Assembly (NCBI GenBank): GCA_035559535.1 | Contig: DATMBG010000051.1 | Location: forward strand, 1-64,000 | DNA length: 64,000 bases | Direction: 5' to 3' | Source: Candidatus Limnocylindrales bacterium | GTDB lineage: Bacteria > Moduliflexota > Moduliflexia > Moduliflexales > JAUQPW01 | Position numbers and translations under genes: made by a program | Notes under the pieces: model-generated | Database searches by the model: none | Seen by the model: only the letters and a program-made list of their open reading frames with translations | Told to the model about the DNA's origin: nothing | Shown here: one piece after another, positions 20,667-30,355 of the stretch | Numbering within the stretch: the first letter of the stretch is position 1 | Layout of the letters: each line of letters begins with the position of its first letter

Positions 20667-22265
20667 ATGGCCCCTCAGAAAAATGATATCCAGGTGGTAC
20701 TTAACCGATATCAACTGGCAGATTCTCTTAACCTGTCAGAATGTGTAAAAACCTACCCTTTAAAAACGCTCCGAAGGGATCAGGTCCTACTTAAGAAGGC
20801 TCTCCTATCGGCCGATCCAGAACTGGCGCCCTTCTTGAAAAAAACCCTTCAACGGGTTAAAAAGGCCATCCAGGAAAGAAATGAAACAGGTCAGGCGCTA
20901 ATAGAGAATCTCCTTCAAGTACCTCCTGAGATTTTCACCCTAAACCAACCTCTAGATAAATTACTCCAGTATTGGAATCTCTTGGAAGATATCCAGATCT
21001 CCTGGGAATCTGATCCGGAAACTCAAAAGCGTTTGACCCAGGCCACCGCGAATCTCCTTGAAGCCCTTAATATTAAGTTTCAACTGGATTTTTTTAATGG
21101 GTCTCCCGAATTAATAGCCTTTAAATACTCGGAAACCCAATTACAGGATTATAAGTTCCTATTAAAGCGCATCCTCTCTACGGTGGATAAAACCTCGGAT
21201 CTCTATAAGATTTATCAGGTGGTTTTAGCGAATCTCCATCAAGGGCTCATCCTGTTTCTAAAAAAGATAAAACCGATCAAACAATTACATACTTTCCTCG
21301 AGGGGGTTCCCGAGCAAATTCTCATCCATGACATCCAGCAATATCCGACGAAAAAGCTGGAGGATTATAAAACATTTCTCAAAACGACTCTTGAAGATTT
21401 AGAGACCCTTCAGATTAAAAATTCTCACCTGGAAGTTTTTAAAGAACAATGTCAAACTCTGTTAGTAAGAATCTTAATCCCTCTTAAAGTACGTAAAGCT
21501 TACCTGGTTCAGGCGATCCGGGTTTTGAGACTCTGCGACCATATCATGCTTATTGATGAGAAAAGTATCGCTAAAAATTTAGCCAGAACTTTGATAAACT
21601 GCAGAGGGCTACTCAGGCAGACTTATGGATTTTTTAAGAAACATCCTTACCACATGGATGAGGCTGTAGATTTAGAAGTTATTGAGAAGGCCGAAGAAAA
21701 GATAGTACAGTCCCTTAAATTGCGGGGAGGAATGATCCAGGCTATTTGTCGGAATCTGGATGGTTTATCGATCCATCAACTGGCTCAATTTCCTCCTGTC
21801 ATTCTCAGAAATACGTTGGATCTTTTAAAGGAAACGGAATCTATTCTAAGTGAATATATAGGCCTGCGAATGCCTGTAGCCCAATCGGTTGAAAGGGTTT
21901 TGGAGTTGGTCCAGCGAAACGCTGAAAAAGTGGAAAAGGTCTTTAACTTAAAGAAATCCTCGGTATCCCCACCCAACCTTTCTAAGAATTCTCACCTGTC
22001 CCTTCCCTCCATTTATGAGATTGCCAGGTATCCAACCGAGCAACTTTATAAAGGCCGCCTGGCCCATCTTGTTTTTGACTCCATCGCAGTCCTGGAACAG
22101 GCAGTCAAAGACCTGCCTGTACCAATCTCTCTGGTAAAACCCCTTGAAATCAGGATAGAAGAACTCGAGGAATATATCCTTTTCCTCTCTCAGGAATATG
22201 CAGAGGAAGAAATGAACCAGGAGACCGAGAGGGAAGTTTTGAAAATGACGGAAACGCGAGAGTAA
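20667..22265 (+). CDS. Hypothetical all-helical protein with degenerate internal repeats
   Basis: 532-aa ORF 2 nt after glyS stop; Leu/Lys/Glu-rich; no recognised motif. Confidence 0.7.
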   Translation: MAPQKNDIQVVLNRYQLADSLNLSECVKTYPLKTLRRDQVLLKKALLSADPELAPFLKKTLQRVKKAIQERNETGQALIENLLQVPPEIFTLNQPLDKLLQYWNLLEDIQISWESDPETQKRLTQATANLLEALNIKFQLDFFNGSPELIAFKYSETQLQDYKFLLKRILSTVDKTSDLYKIYQVVLANLHQGLILFLKKIKPIKQLHTFLEGVPEQILIHDIQQYPTKKLEDYKTFLKTTLEDLETLQIKNSHLEVFKEQCQTLLVRILIPLKVRKAYLVQAIRVLRLCDHIMLIDEKSIAKNLARTLINCRGLLRQTYGFFKKHPYHMDEAVDLEVIEKAEEKIVQSLKLRGGMIQAICRNLDGLSIHQLAQFPPVILRNTLDLLKETESILSEYIGLRMPVAQSVERVLELVQRNAEKVEKVFNLKKSSVSPPNLSKNSHLSLPSIYEIARYPTEQLYKGRLAHLVFDSIAVLEQAVKDLPVPISLVKPLEIRIEELEEYILFLSQEYAEEEMNQETEREVLKMTETRE

Positions 22266-22267
22266 GG

Positions 22268-22387
22268 AAGTGTGGAAGTATGGGGGTGTGGGAGTATGGG
22301 GATGGGGAAGTATAAGTACTTATTTTCGTATGCCCTCCATACCCCTACACTCCTATACCCCCACACTCCCACACCCCCATACTTCTA
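22268..22387. repeat. Inverted array of ~8-nt tandem repeats between convergent genes
   Basis: gtgtggaa gtatgggg gtgtggga gtatgggg ... ctccatac ccctacac tcctatac ccccacac tcccacac ccccatac. Confidence 0.8.
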
Positions 22388-22388
22388 T

Positions 22389-23105
22389 TTATTCCCCTTC
22401 CTGCCTGCGATGGATCCAGATCTCTCCACAAAATTCCGATTGGCTGAGAAAGATCTGACCCAATTTTGCCAGTTCTAAGATTCCGAGAAATAGCACGATG
22501 AGTTCGACCTTATGAAGCGTGTTTTTAAGCAGGGTGGTAAAAGAAAGGGAAGGAGTGGTTTCAAGGATCTCCAACAACTCAATCATTTTTTGTTGAATAT
22601 CAATTCGTTCTACTTCCACCCGATAAGGGGTCTGAGCTTCTAGAGACTTCAAAGCCTTATGAAAGGCCGAAATCAAGTCAAATAAACTGACTTCAAACTC
22701 ATACTCGATTTCTACATCGGGTCGCTCTTCTGGAAGAGGTTCTCTGACATAGAGTTGACTTTGATAGGTATCTAATTCCTCCAGTTTCAGAGCCAGTTCT
22801 CGAAATTTCTGATACTCTACGAGCTTCTGAACCAATTCCGTTCTGGGATCTTCCTCTTCCGGATTTTCTGCTTGAACCTGGGGTAACAGCATCCGTGACT
22901 TAATATGGAGGAGTGTAGCCGCCATAACCAGGAACTCTCCGGCTATTTCCAGGTTTAACTCTTTCATGGCCTCTAAATACTCCAGATATTGATGGGTTAT
23001 AAGGGCGATGGGAATATCGGAGATATCGATTTTGTTCTTTTTGATGAGATGTAAGAGCAGATCCAGGGGACCTTCGTAAATGGGTAATTTGATATTATAA
23101 GGCAT
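22389..23105 (-). CDS. scpA: Segregation and condensation protein A
   Basis: YEGPLDLLLHLIKKNKIDI, AGEFLVMAATLLHIKSRMLLP, FLGILEL; start moved to ATG 23105. Confidence 0.95.
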   Translation of the reverse strand: MPYNIKLPIYEGPLDLLLHLIKKNKIDISDIPIALITHQYLEYLEAMKELNLEIAGEFLVMAATLLHIKSRMLLPQVQAENPEEEDPRTELVQKLVEYQKFRELALKLEELDTYQSQLYVREPLPEERPDVEIEYEFEVSLFDLISAFHKALKSLEAQTPYRVEVERIDIQQKMIELLEILETTPSLSFTTLLKNTLHKVELIVLFLGILELAKLGQIFLSQSEFCGEIWIHRRQEGE

Positions 23106-23211
23106 GGTCTTGTCCGTTGTCCGTTGTCCATTGCCAATCATAATGGGCAACAAACAACGGACAATCTTTTACTTTAGTTTAGAAGCTTTGTCAAGGCTTT
23201 TTGGAAATCTA

Positions 23212-23240
23212 TTGACAGATTCAAAAAGTTAAACTAGCAT
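23212..23240 (+). promoter_or_regulatory. Sigma70-like promoter
   Basis: ttgaca-17 nt-tagcat immediately upstream of the Nudix gene (near-leaderless). Confidence 0.55.
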
Positions 23241-23807
23241 GTGTATATGCAGCCGCATTCCCATGATCCACACCATCGACCTCACCCTTCCCATTCTGAG
23301 AAGGAGAAAATTAAGTTTTGTTATCGTTGTGGAGGTTCTCTCATTGAAAAGTTCCTGACAGAGGAAAACAAACCCAGACTTATATGTAGTCGGTGTGAAC
23401 TGATCGTATATCTGGATCCCAAGGTTGCAACCGGAACCATTCCTCAGAAGGAGGGAAAGATTGTTTTATTGAAGAGAAACATCGAACCTGCACGGGGTAA
23501 GTGGACCTTTCCAGGCGGTTATATGGATCGTGGTGAAGTTGCATCGGAAGCCGCCATCCGTGAAACCAAAGAGGAAATCGGTCTGGATGTCAAAGTAACC
23601 TCGCTTCTAAATGTTTACTCTTACCCGGGTGTGGACGTGATCGTTATAGTTTATCTGGCTGAAATCCTTGGAGGTGAACTTAGTCCAGGTCTGGAAGCTC
23701 AGGAAGTCCGATTCTTCTCTCCAGATGAAATTCCCTGGGAAGAACTGGCTTTTCAAAGTACCCGAGATGCTTTACGAGAGTTATTAAACCGTAACAAGAG
23801 GTATTAA
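23241..23807 (+). CDS. Zinc-ribbon Nudix hydrolase
   Basis: CYRCG...CSRC..YLDPK, Nudix box FPGGYMDRGE..AAIRETKEEIGL. Confidence 0.9.
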   Translation: MYMQPHSHDPHHRPHPSHSEKEKIKFCYRCGGSLIEKFLTEENKPRLICSRCELIVYLDPKVATGTIPQKEGKIVLLKRNIEPARGKWTFPGGYMDRGEVASEAAIRETKEEIGLDVKVTSLLNVYSYPGVDVIVIVYLAEILGGELSPGLEAQEVRFFSPDEIPWEELAFQSTRDALRELLNRNKRY

Positions 23808-23880
23808 ACCGTAAAATGTAAAGCGTAAAACCCACACGAAGATCCTACCTTACGGGTTACGTATTACGGTTTAATGGTAT

Positions 23881-24474
23881 ATGGCAAGGAAATTATATCA
23901 ATTTGAAAACTCCCCGTTCTGTCATAAAGTAAAAATCGTAATGGCCGAAAAAAACCTGACCTATGAAACTATAGAAGTTCCAAGAACGGATAAACGGGAA
24001 CTCATACAGGTATCCGGCCAGGAAGCTGTGCCCGTCCTCGTGGATGATGGGAAAGTTATTGTAGATTCGACCTTTATCTCCGAGTATTTAGAAGCAACCT
24101 ATCCGGAACCCCGGATTTACCCCCAAAAGGAAGAAGACCTGGGTCTGGCTCTTATGATTGAAGATTGGGCCGACGAGGTATTTTGTGCCACACGACGTCA
24201 GGCTTTCTTCGAATCCCTCAAACCGGCCGGGGAAATTAACCAGAAAGTTCTAGAGGAAGCTCTACGAATGTTGCAGATTCACTTCTCCGTACTCGATAAA
24301 TTCCTGACCGGGAAAAAGTTTCTGGTAGCCGATGAATACAGCATCGCGGACATTTCGGTCTATGTTCAAATCCATCGATTTAAAAACTCTATGAAAATGG
24401 AAATACCGGCTGAATATAAAAAGGTTCAGGCCTGGTTTGACCGGGTTGAGCAGAGGAATAAGATAAGGGTTTAG
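23881..24474 (+). CDS. Glutathione S-transferase family protein
   Basis: SPFCHKV, VPVLVDDG..DSTFISEYL, YSIADI. Confidence 0.9.
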   Translation: MARKLYQFENSPFCHKVKIVMAEKNLTYETIEVPRTDKRELIQVSGQEAVPVLVDDGKVIVDSTFISEYLEATYPEPRIYPQKEEDLGLALMIEDWADEVFCATRRQAFFESLKPAGEINQKVLEEALRMLQIHFSVLDKFLTGKKFLVADEYSIADISVYVQIHRFKNSMKMEIPAEYKKVQAWFDRVEQRNKIRV

Positions 24475-24479
24475 GGGTT

Positions 24480-24893
24480 ATGAAGATCGTGATTTGTGGA
24501 AGTATGTCTTTCGCCAGAGAAATGCTGGAAGCTCAAAGGATCCTGGAAGCTCAAGGGCATCAGGTGGTTATTCCCAAGTTTACGGAAGAGCATGCCAAAC
24601 AACGACTACCTAAAAATGAAGATGCCAATCGAAAACGGGAATATGATTTGATCCGGGATTATTACCGGAAGATTTTAGAAAGTGATGCCATCTTGGTTTT
24701 AAATTATGACGCTCATGGGATCCAGGGGTATATCGGAGGAAATTCTTTTTTAGAGATGGGCTTTGCCCATGTTTTGGGTAAATCTATTTATCTGCTTTAT
24801 CCTATCCCTAACATGAATTATGCCGATGAAATGCAGGCCATGGATCCTATTATTTTATATGGGAACTTATCCAGATTAAGCGTAAAACAATGA
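24480..24893 (+). CDS. Hypothetical protein, nucleoside 2-deoxyribosyltransferase-like fold
   Basis: MKIVICGSM..., ILESDAILVLN..GYIGGNSFLEMGFA resembles the NDT/N-glycosidase pattern. Confidence 0.55.
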   Translation: MKIVICGSMSFAREMLEAQRILEAQGHQVVIPKFTEEHAKQRLPKNEDANRKREYDLIRDYYRKILESDAILVLNYDAHGIQGYIGGNSFLEMGFAHVLGKSIYLLYPIPNMNYADEMQAMDPIILYGNLSRLSVKQ

Positions 24894-25104
24894 CAACCCG
24901 TATATTTTGTAAAATTAATTTTGATCTATGAAGGTTATCCTTGTGAGTTCCAGGGTACTTCAGGATAGACTCCCTAAAGCAGTCCTCTGGGGTCTGGAGG
25001 TTACTTCGCTCTGGACTTTGGCTCCTGCTGCCTTAGCAAGGTACCGGTCGTTTTTACTTTGAAGCCTAGGGGGAGTTAACGATTAACGTTATGATGACCT
25101 TTTT

Positions 25105-25707
25105 ATGAAAGAGAGTCTGAAAGAGCTTCTTGCCAGGTTAGATCCGGAGTCTTCTTACCAGTTATGTTTTCAATGCCATAGCTGTCAGGTTCGGGTAGTG
25201 GTAGAGGCCGGGAAAGAACTTTATACCTGCAATTTATGCGGTTATAAAGGGGGGCGGCAGATTTTGGTAACCCCCGATTTACGCTATGACTTTACCCCCG
25301 AAGGGCTATGGCGGCACTTTTCCGTAGGAGGAGTTATTGAACGGAACGGTCGTTATCTCCTGTTTAATCGCCGAAAATATCCTTTTCAATATACTCTTCC
25401 AGCTGGACATTGGAACTGGCAGGAAGCAGATCCCCAAGATGCCCTCATTCGAGAAGTTTATGAGGAAACCGGATTGCGGGTTATAACGGCAAAACTCCTG
25501 TATCAGGAGGATGTGTTGGGAGATACCTGTCGTAGAGGTTCTGATATCCATCATTGGCATCTTTATCGCTGTATTTGTGAAGGAGAACCCCGAACAGATG
25601 AGGATGAAGGTGATTTTATCAGTTGGTATACGCCCGAGCAAATTCAGCAATTGGAGTTAACCACGCCAACCCGATATTTTCTCACGAAACTCAGAATTCT
25701 GACATGA
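25105..25707 (+). CDS. Nudix hydrolase with N-terminal CxxC..CxxC
   Basis: CHSC..CNLC; PAGHW..ALIREVYEETGL. Confidence 0.8.
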   Translation: MKESLKELLARLDPESSYQLCFQCHSCQVRVVVEAGKELYTCNLCGYKGGRQILVTPDLRYDFTPEGLWRHFSVGGVIERNGRYLLFNRRKYPFQYTLPAGHWNWQEADPQDALIREVYEETGLRVITAKLLYQEDVLGDTCRRGSDIHHWHLYRCICEGEPRTDEDEGDFISWYTPEQIQQLELTTPTRYFLTKLRILT

Positions 25708-26432
25708 ACTATAAAAACTTACATCCTTGGGATGTCGATCCCAATCAAGCGATCCAAATCCAGAAGCAGTTGAGAGATCAGCTTATTCTGCAAAAGACCC
25801 AGGAAATTTACCGGCGGATTGCCGGAGCCGATGTCTCCTATGATAAGGGCTCAGATATTTTGTATGCCGCCGTGGTCGTTTTAGAATTACCGAATCTTCA
25901 GATAATAGAAGAAGCCTCGGCAGTGGGTCGATCTACCTTTCCTTATATTCCAGGGTTACTGGTTTTTCGAGAAGCCCCCATCCTGCTCAAAGCCTTTGAA
26001 AAAATCCATCAAGAACCCGATGTCATTATGTTTGATGGTCAGGGTATTGCCCATCCTCGTGGGATTGGAATTGCCTCCCAAATGGGCTTGTGGCTGGATA
26101 AACCTTGTATCGGATGTGCCAAAAGCAAGTTGTTCGGAGACTACCGGGAAGCCGATCTGGGCCCCAAGGCCGGTTCTTATACGCCTTTGACCTACCGGGG
26201 TAAGATTATCGGCGCAGTTCTTCGAACCCGGGATAATGTCAGTCCGGTATTTGTCTCTGCCGGACACAAAATCGATCTGGCCACTTCCATCGAACTGGTA
26301 TTAAAGTCCTGCCAGGGTTATCGCATTCCAGAACCTACCCGTCAGGCTCATAACCTGGTAAATAAAATTCGGGTTGAAGGGAACCGGTCACCCAAAGCTC
26401 CTGGAGGGGCACAGATGGATTTGTTTGGTTAA
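25704..26432 (+). CDS. nfi: Endonuclease V (deoxyinosine 3' endonuclease)
   Basis: IAGADVSY, FPYIPGLLVFRE, FDGQGIAHPRGIGIA, GCAKS, YRIPEPTRQAH; ATG 25704 overlaps upstream TGA (ATGA). Confidence 0.95.
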   Translation: MNYKNLHPWDVDPNQAIQIQKQLRDQLILQKTQEIYRRIAGADVSYDKGSDILYAAVVVLELPNLQIIEEASAVGRSTFPYIPGLLVFREAPILLKAFEKIHQEPDVIMFDGQGIAHPRGIGIASQMGLWLDKPCIGCAKSKLFGDYREADLGPKAGSYTPLTYRGKIIGAVLRTRDNVSPVFVSAGHKIDLATSIELVLKSCQGYRIPEPTRQAHNLVNKIRVEGNRSPKAPGGAQMDLFG

Positions 26433-27673
26433 AAGAAGCCAGTTTGAGGTTTACAGGCCACCTGCTCCAATCGGATGAGAACTTCCTTTGGATCGATGGC
26501 TGTCTTGAAGAAGAAGACAGAACCCGGAACTTCTTTGAAAGCGGATTCACTTACCTTGAGGTCCTGGGATACGGCAATGATTAAATTTTGAAGTCCGGCC
26601 CTACGGAGTTTGGTCAGTTTCCGTTCAATATAGTCTGTCCGCCAAAATCCCACAATTTCCAAGAGTCCGACGCGTCCATCTCGCCTATGACGAAAAGCGA
26701 AATCCGGAATGAAAACGGTATCTTTGAGGTTTACGATCTCGGTCTCTCGCTCTAGAATCCAATCACCGTTTAGTTTTTCAAATCGTTCTGCAAATTTCTC
26801 TTCCAGGAGGGAGTCATAGGGGGTTGCATCCTTATAGTGGGATTCAAGCTTATGGGTTTCACTATCCAGAACAAAGTAACGCTTATCTTGATCCGAGGAA
26901 ACAATCTCCGCCTCCATCTTCCATTTGGTACAGAGTAAAAGAGCCGGCAGAAAAGTAGCCATACGAATTCCATATTTTTTAGAGAGACGGAACAAGCTCA
27001 TGGGCCCATCGAGAAGGATTTCATAGCCACTGTCCAGGTCCCCCGTAACACTATGCAGAAGCTGGTAGAATTTGATAAATTTAAAGAGTTGTTTGTATCG
27101 AGCCGGAATATTACGATAGGCAATTAAACGCATGCGTACGCAATTGTAGAGAATTCCCTGAGCCAGAGCCAGGTTATAACGATGGATCAACCACTCTGGA
27201 GTTGGGGGTTCGAAGGTGGCCAGGAGGTGATTCTGAGGTAAATCGGCATACATATCTGAAAGGACTGCTTCCGGTGGGATCTGGAGCTCCGAGGCAACCC
27301 CCCGGATAATATCCTCCCGGGTAACGGGATGGAGAATATCCGGATTTAAGACGATGGGACGATTTTCCTCTGCCAGTTGAAAAAGTTTCTTCCTTAAGGC
27401 AGCCGGTCCCACTCCACCGGCTACGACGACATGAAACTCGCACATATCCATGAGAAGTTTGGAAAATCCGCGATGAATCAGATAATCAGGACTATCTGCC
27501 AGATGAAGTCGAAGGGCTTCTTGAATCTCCCCTCGGGTTTTTCCTTTGTGGGCGTTAATCAGGTTGATAAGGTCTGTAGCCAGCTTGAGGTACTCCTCCT
27601 GATCCAACCGGATATATTTGGGACCGATATAGGGTCCTTTCTTCCATGTACGAAGTAAATCTGCCGTTAACAT
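26429..27673 (-). CDS. DUF790 family (Bax1-like) endonuclease
   Basis: YNLALAQGILY, LDGPMSLF..KKYG, YDSLLEEKFA, FIPDFAF..LEIVGFW. Confidence 0.85.
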   Translation of the reverse strand: MLTADLLRTWKKGPYIGPKYIRLDQEEYLKLATDLINLINAHKGKTRGEIQEALRLHLADSPDYLIHRGFSKLLMDMCEFHVVVAGGVGPAALRKKLFQLAEENRPIVLNPDILHPVTREDIIRGVASELQIPPEAVLSDMYADLPQNHLLATFEPPTPEWLIHRYNLALAQGILYNCVRMRLIAYRNIPARYKQLFKFIKFYQLLHSVTGDLDSGYEILLDGPMSLFRLSKKYGIRMATFLPALLLCTKWKMEAEIVSSDQDKRYFVLDSETHKLESHYKDATPYDSLLEEKFAERFEKLNGDWILERETEIVNLKDTVFIPDFAFRHRRDGRVGLLEIVGFWRTDYIERKLTKLRRAGLQNLIIAVSQDLKVSESAFKEVPGSVFFFKTAIDPKEVLIRLEQVACKPQTGFF

Positions 27674-27794
27674 AAAATCACCATTGAGAAGTCAGAAACA
27701 GGCATTCTTTTTATTGGCATATACAGGTTTCCGGTTATTTTGGCAAGAAAAAAGTTGCTTCTCTAACCTATCAGGTGCTAACAATATATAGTGT

Positions 27795-28745
27795 ATGGCA
27801 AGATTTCCTCCTCTTGAAGAAACTGCAAAATTCTTGAGTGATCCACATCTTCAAGGTCGATCTCCTGGTACTGAAGGTCATGAGACGGCTAAGGTCTATT
27901 TGATAGAAGCTCTAAAAAATCTCAGCTTTTCCCCTGCCGTTCAAGGTTCTTGGGTGCAACCCGTTTTTCAGGATCATTGGGAAATCGGCCAAAATATTGT
28001 TGGGGTAAAGTTTGGGAGTGGAGAAAGCTGGATTCTGGTGGGTGCTCACTACGACCACCTGTATGGTATCCCGGGGGCCGATGATAACGCGGCGGCCCTT
28101 TCAATTCTATTAGAAACCTCCAAATTTTTAGACGGATGGAAGGGCTATTCCAATTTGGTCTTTGTATTTTTTGATCTCGAAGAACCTCCCTACTTTTTAA
28201 CCCCTTTTATGGGAAGTGTCCAGTTCGTAGAAAGATGTCCATTTCCTCTTAACCAACTTAAGTGCGCAGTTATTCTGGATCTTTGCGGTCATGATGTACC
28301 TATTTCGGGCCACGAAAATGCTTTGTTCGTACTGGGAGCCGAATATGCAACCGGCTTAGTTCAGGCTGTTCGTAGCTCGGATATGGGAGATGGTCTATCT
28401 ATTTACATGAGCCGCAATGTGCGTATTGGGGATCAATCCGATTATCACGCCTTTCGTCTCAGAGGTAAACCATTCTTGTTTCTTACTTGTGGTTGGTGGG
28501 CCCATTATCACCGTCCAACAGATACTTTCGAGCGTCTCAACCTTATTAAAATGAAATCTATTTCTCAATTTCTAGTCAGACTTATCAGAACCTTGGATGA
28601 AAGCATCATAGATACTCGCCAACGCCCGGATTTTGTAGATGTGGAAGCTGAGGCCCTCAGTCGACTTCTAGGCATTCCGATTCCTAAAAATCCAGATGCT
28701 GTGGATGCAGCCGCATGGAGGGTTATTGAGAAACTCTTGCCGTGA
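27795..28745 (+). CDS. M28 family metallopeptidase
   Basis: GAHYDH, GADDNAA, FDLEEPP, SDYHAF, YHRPTD. Confidence 0.9.
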   Translation: MARFPPLEETAKFLSDPHLQGRSPGTEGHETAKVYLIEALKNLSFSPAVQGSWVQPVFQDHWEIGQNIVGVKFGSGESWILVGAHYDHLYGIPGADDNAAALSILLETSKFLDGWKGYSNLVFVFFDLEEPPYFLTPFMGSVQFVERCPFPLNQLKCAVILDLCGHDVPISGHENALFVLGAEYATGLVQAVRSSDMGDGLSIYMSRNVRIGDQSDYHAFRLRGKPFLFLTCGWWAHYHRPTDTFERLNLIKMKSISQFLVRLIRTLDESIIDTRQRPDFVDVEAEALSRLLGIPIPKNPDAVDAAAWRVIEKLLP

Positions 28746-28816
28746 AGATTATCGGACTTTATTTGGGCTCCTGAATTCACAAAACAGATACACATTTTAT
28801 CTTAGACCTCTTTCCT

Positions 28817-28908
28817 GGGGCCATACTAAAAAACTGTGTAGATCTAACTGAAAATCCCACTGTGTTCGAAATTTCCAAATTCAAGATACGGTTTTTTGGT
28901 AGGGTCCC
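28817..28908. repeat. Degenerate MITE-like element
   Basis: ggggccatactaaaaaactgtgt vs reverse complement of right end gggaccctaccaaaaaaccgtat (18/23 match). Confidence 0.45.
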
Positions 28909-28925
28909 GCTTACTTAACCGGTAA

Positions 28926-30266
28926 ATGGATTTACAAACGAGTGCACTCTTAACCGACCTCTATGAGCTTACCATGCTTCAGGGGTATTTTGACCGGGGG
29001 ATGGAAGAGATAGCCGTCTTCGAGTTCTTTGTCCGTAAGTTGCCCCCTACACGAGGTTTTCTGATAGCAGCGGGTCTGGAGCAAGTTCTGAACTATCTAG
29101 AAAACCTCCATTTTACTTCCGAAGAACTGGAGTGGCTAGCAGGTAGTGGCCGTTTTAGTAAGGATTTTGTGGATTATCTGGGACGATTGAGATTTACAGG
29201 GGATGTTCATGCCATGCCGGAGGGGACTATCTTCTTTTCAGATGAACCCATCTTACGGATCACGGCACCCTTGCCCCAGGCCCAGTTGGTAGAGTCTCGA
29301 TTGATTAACCTGCTTCACTTCCAGATCCTTATTGCTTCTAAGGCTGCACGAATGGTTCTGGTTGCACCGGGAAAGCTATTGGTGGATTTTGGTTTGCGCC
29401 GTGCTCACGGTGCCGAAGCCGGTTTACTGGCAGCGCGGGCCAGTTATCTGGCCGGATTTTCCGGTTCGGCTACGGTGTTAGCCGCTCCTCTTTTTGGGGT
29501 GCCGATATACGGTACTATGGCCCATTCCTTTGTTCAGGCCCATGAGGATGAAGTAGCCGCCTTTGAGAACTTTGCCCATGCACAACCGGATAATGTGGTT
29601 CTCTTAATCGATACTTACGATACTGAAGCAGCCGCCAGAAAAGTGGTAGCTCTGGCCCCACGCTTAAAGAAAGAAGGTATTACCATCAAATCGGTCCGCC
29701 TGGATAGTGGAGATCTGGCCGACCACGCTCGAAAGGTACGTCGTATTCTGGATGAAGGGGGGCTCAAGGAGGTTCGAATCTTTGCCAGTGGCAGTTTGGA
29801 TGAATATGTATTGCGGGATTTGATAGCTACCAACGCTCCTATTGATGGCTTTGGCATTGGTAGTCGTTTAGATACTTCCTCTGATGTTCCTTATCTGGAT
29901 TGCGCCTATAAACTCCAGGAATACGCCGGACGTGCACGACGTAAGCGCTCTGAAGGTAAGGCTACTTGGCCGGGGCGTAAGCAGGTTTATCGTTATTACG
30001 GACCGGACGGTCGCATGGCCTATGACGTCGTAACACTTGAAGAGGACACCCAGGAGAATGGAAAAGCCCTCGTTCAACCCTTCATGAAAGCCGGTCGACG
30101 TCTGGCCCCTCCGGAACCACTTTCAGATTTACGTAAGCGGGTTGCAGAAGAGTTGGCCCGCCTGCCTGAACATTTGCAAAAACTCCAGGAAGAACCTCCT
30201 TACCCCGTGAAAATATCCCAGGCCCTGCTCGATCTGGCTCAAGCCGTAGATGTACGTTATAGGTGA
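28926..30266 (+). CDS. pncB: Nicotinate phosphoribosyltransferase
   Basis: LLTDLYELTM, DFGLRRAHG, GTMAHSFV, LIDTYD, VRLDSGDL, YKL. Confidence 0.95.
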   Translation: MDLQTSALLTDLYELTMLQGYFDRGMEEIAVFEFFVRKLPPTRGFLIAAGLEQVLNYLENLHFTSEELEWLAGSGRFSKDFVDYLGRLRFTGDVHAMPEGTIFFSDEPILRITAPLPQAQLVESRLINLLHFQILIASKAARMVLVAPGKLLVDFGLRRAHGAEAGLLAARASYLAGFSGSATVLAAPLFGVPIYGTMAHSFVQAHEDEVAAFENFAHAQPDNVVLLIDTYDTEAAARKVVALAPRLKKEGITIKSVRLDSGDLADHARKVRRILDEGGLKEVRIFASGSLDEYVLRDLIATNAPIDGFGIGSRLDTSSDVPYLDCAYKLQEYAGRARRKRSEGKATWPGRKQVYRYYGPDGRMAYDVVTLEEDTQENGKALVQPFMKAGRRLAPPEPLSDLRKRVAEELARLPEHLQKLQEEPPYPVKISQALLDLAQAVDVRYR

Positions 30267-30355
30267 GAACCAAATTTTAAGAATCAAATGCTCGTAGTAT
30301 TTTTCCCATTAATACCTAAATTATAAGGACAGCTTCCTGAGACTGTCCTCACCTT

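Noticed and set aside
22190-22478. Three short ORFs in the track
   Set aside because: Artefacts of the 8-mer repeat array
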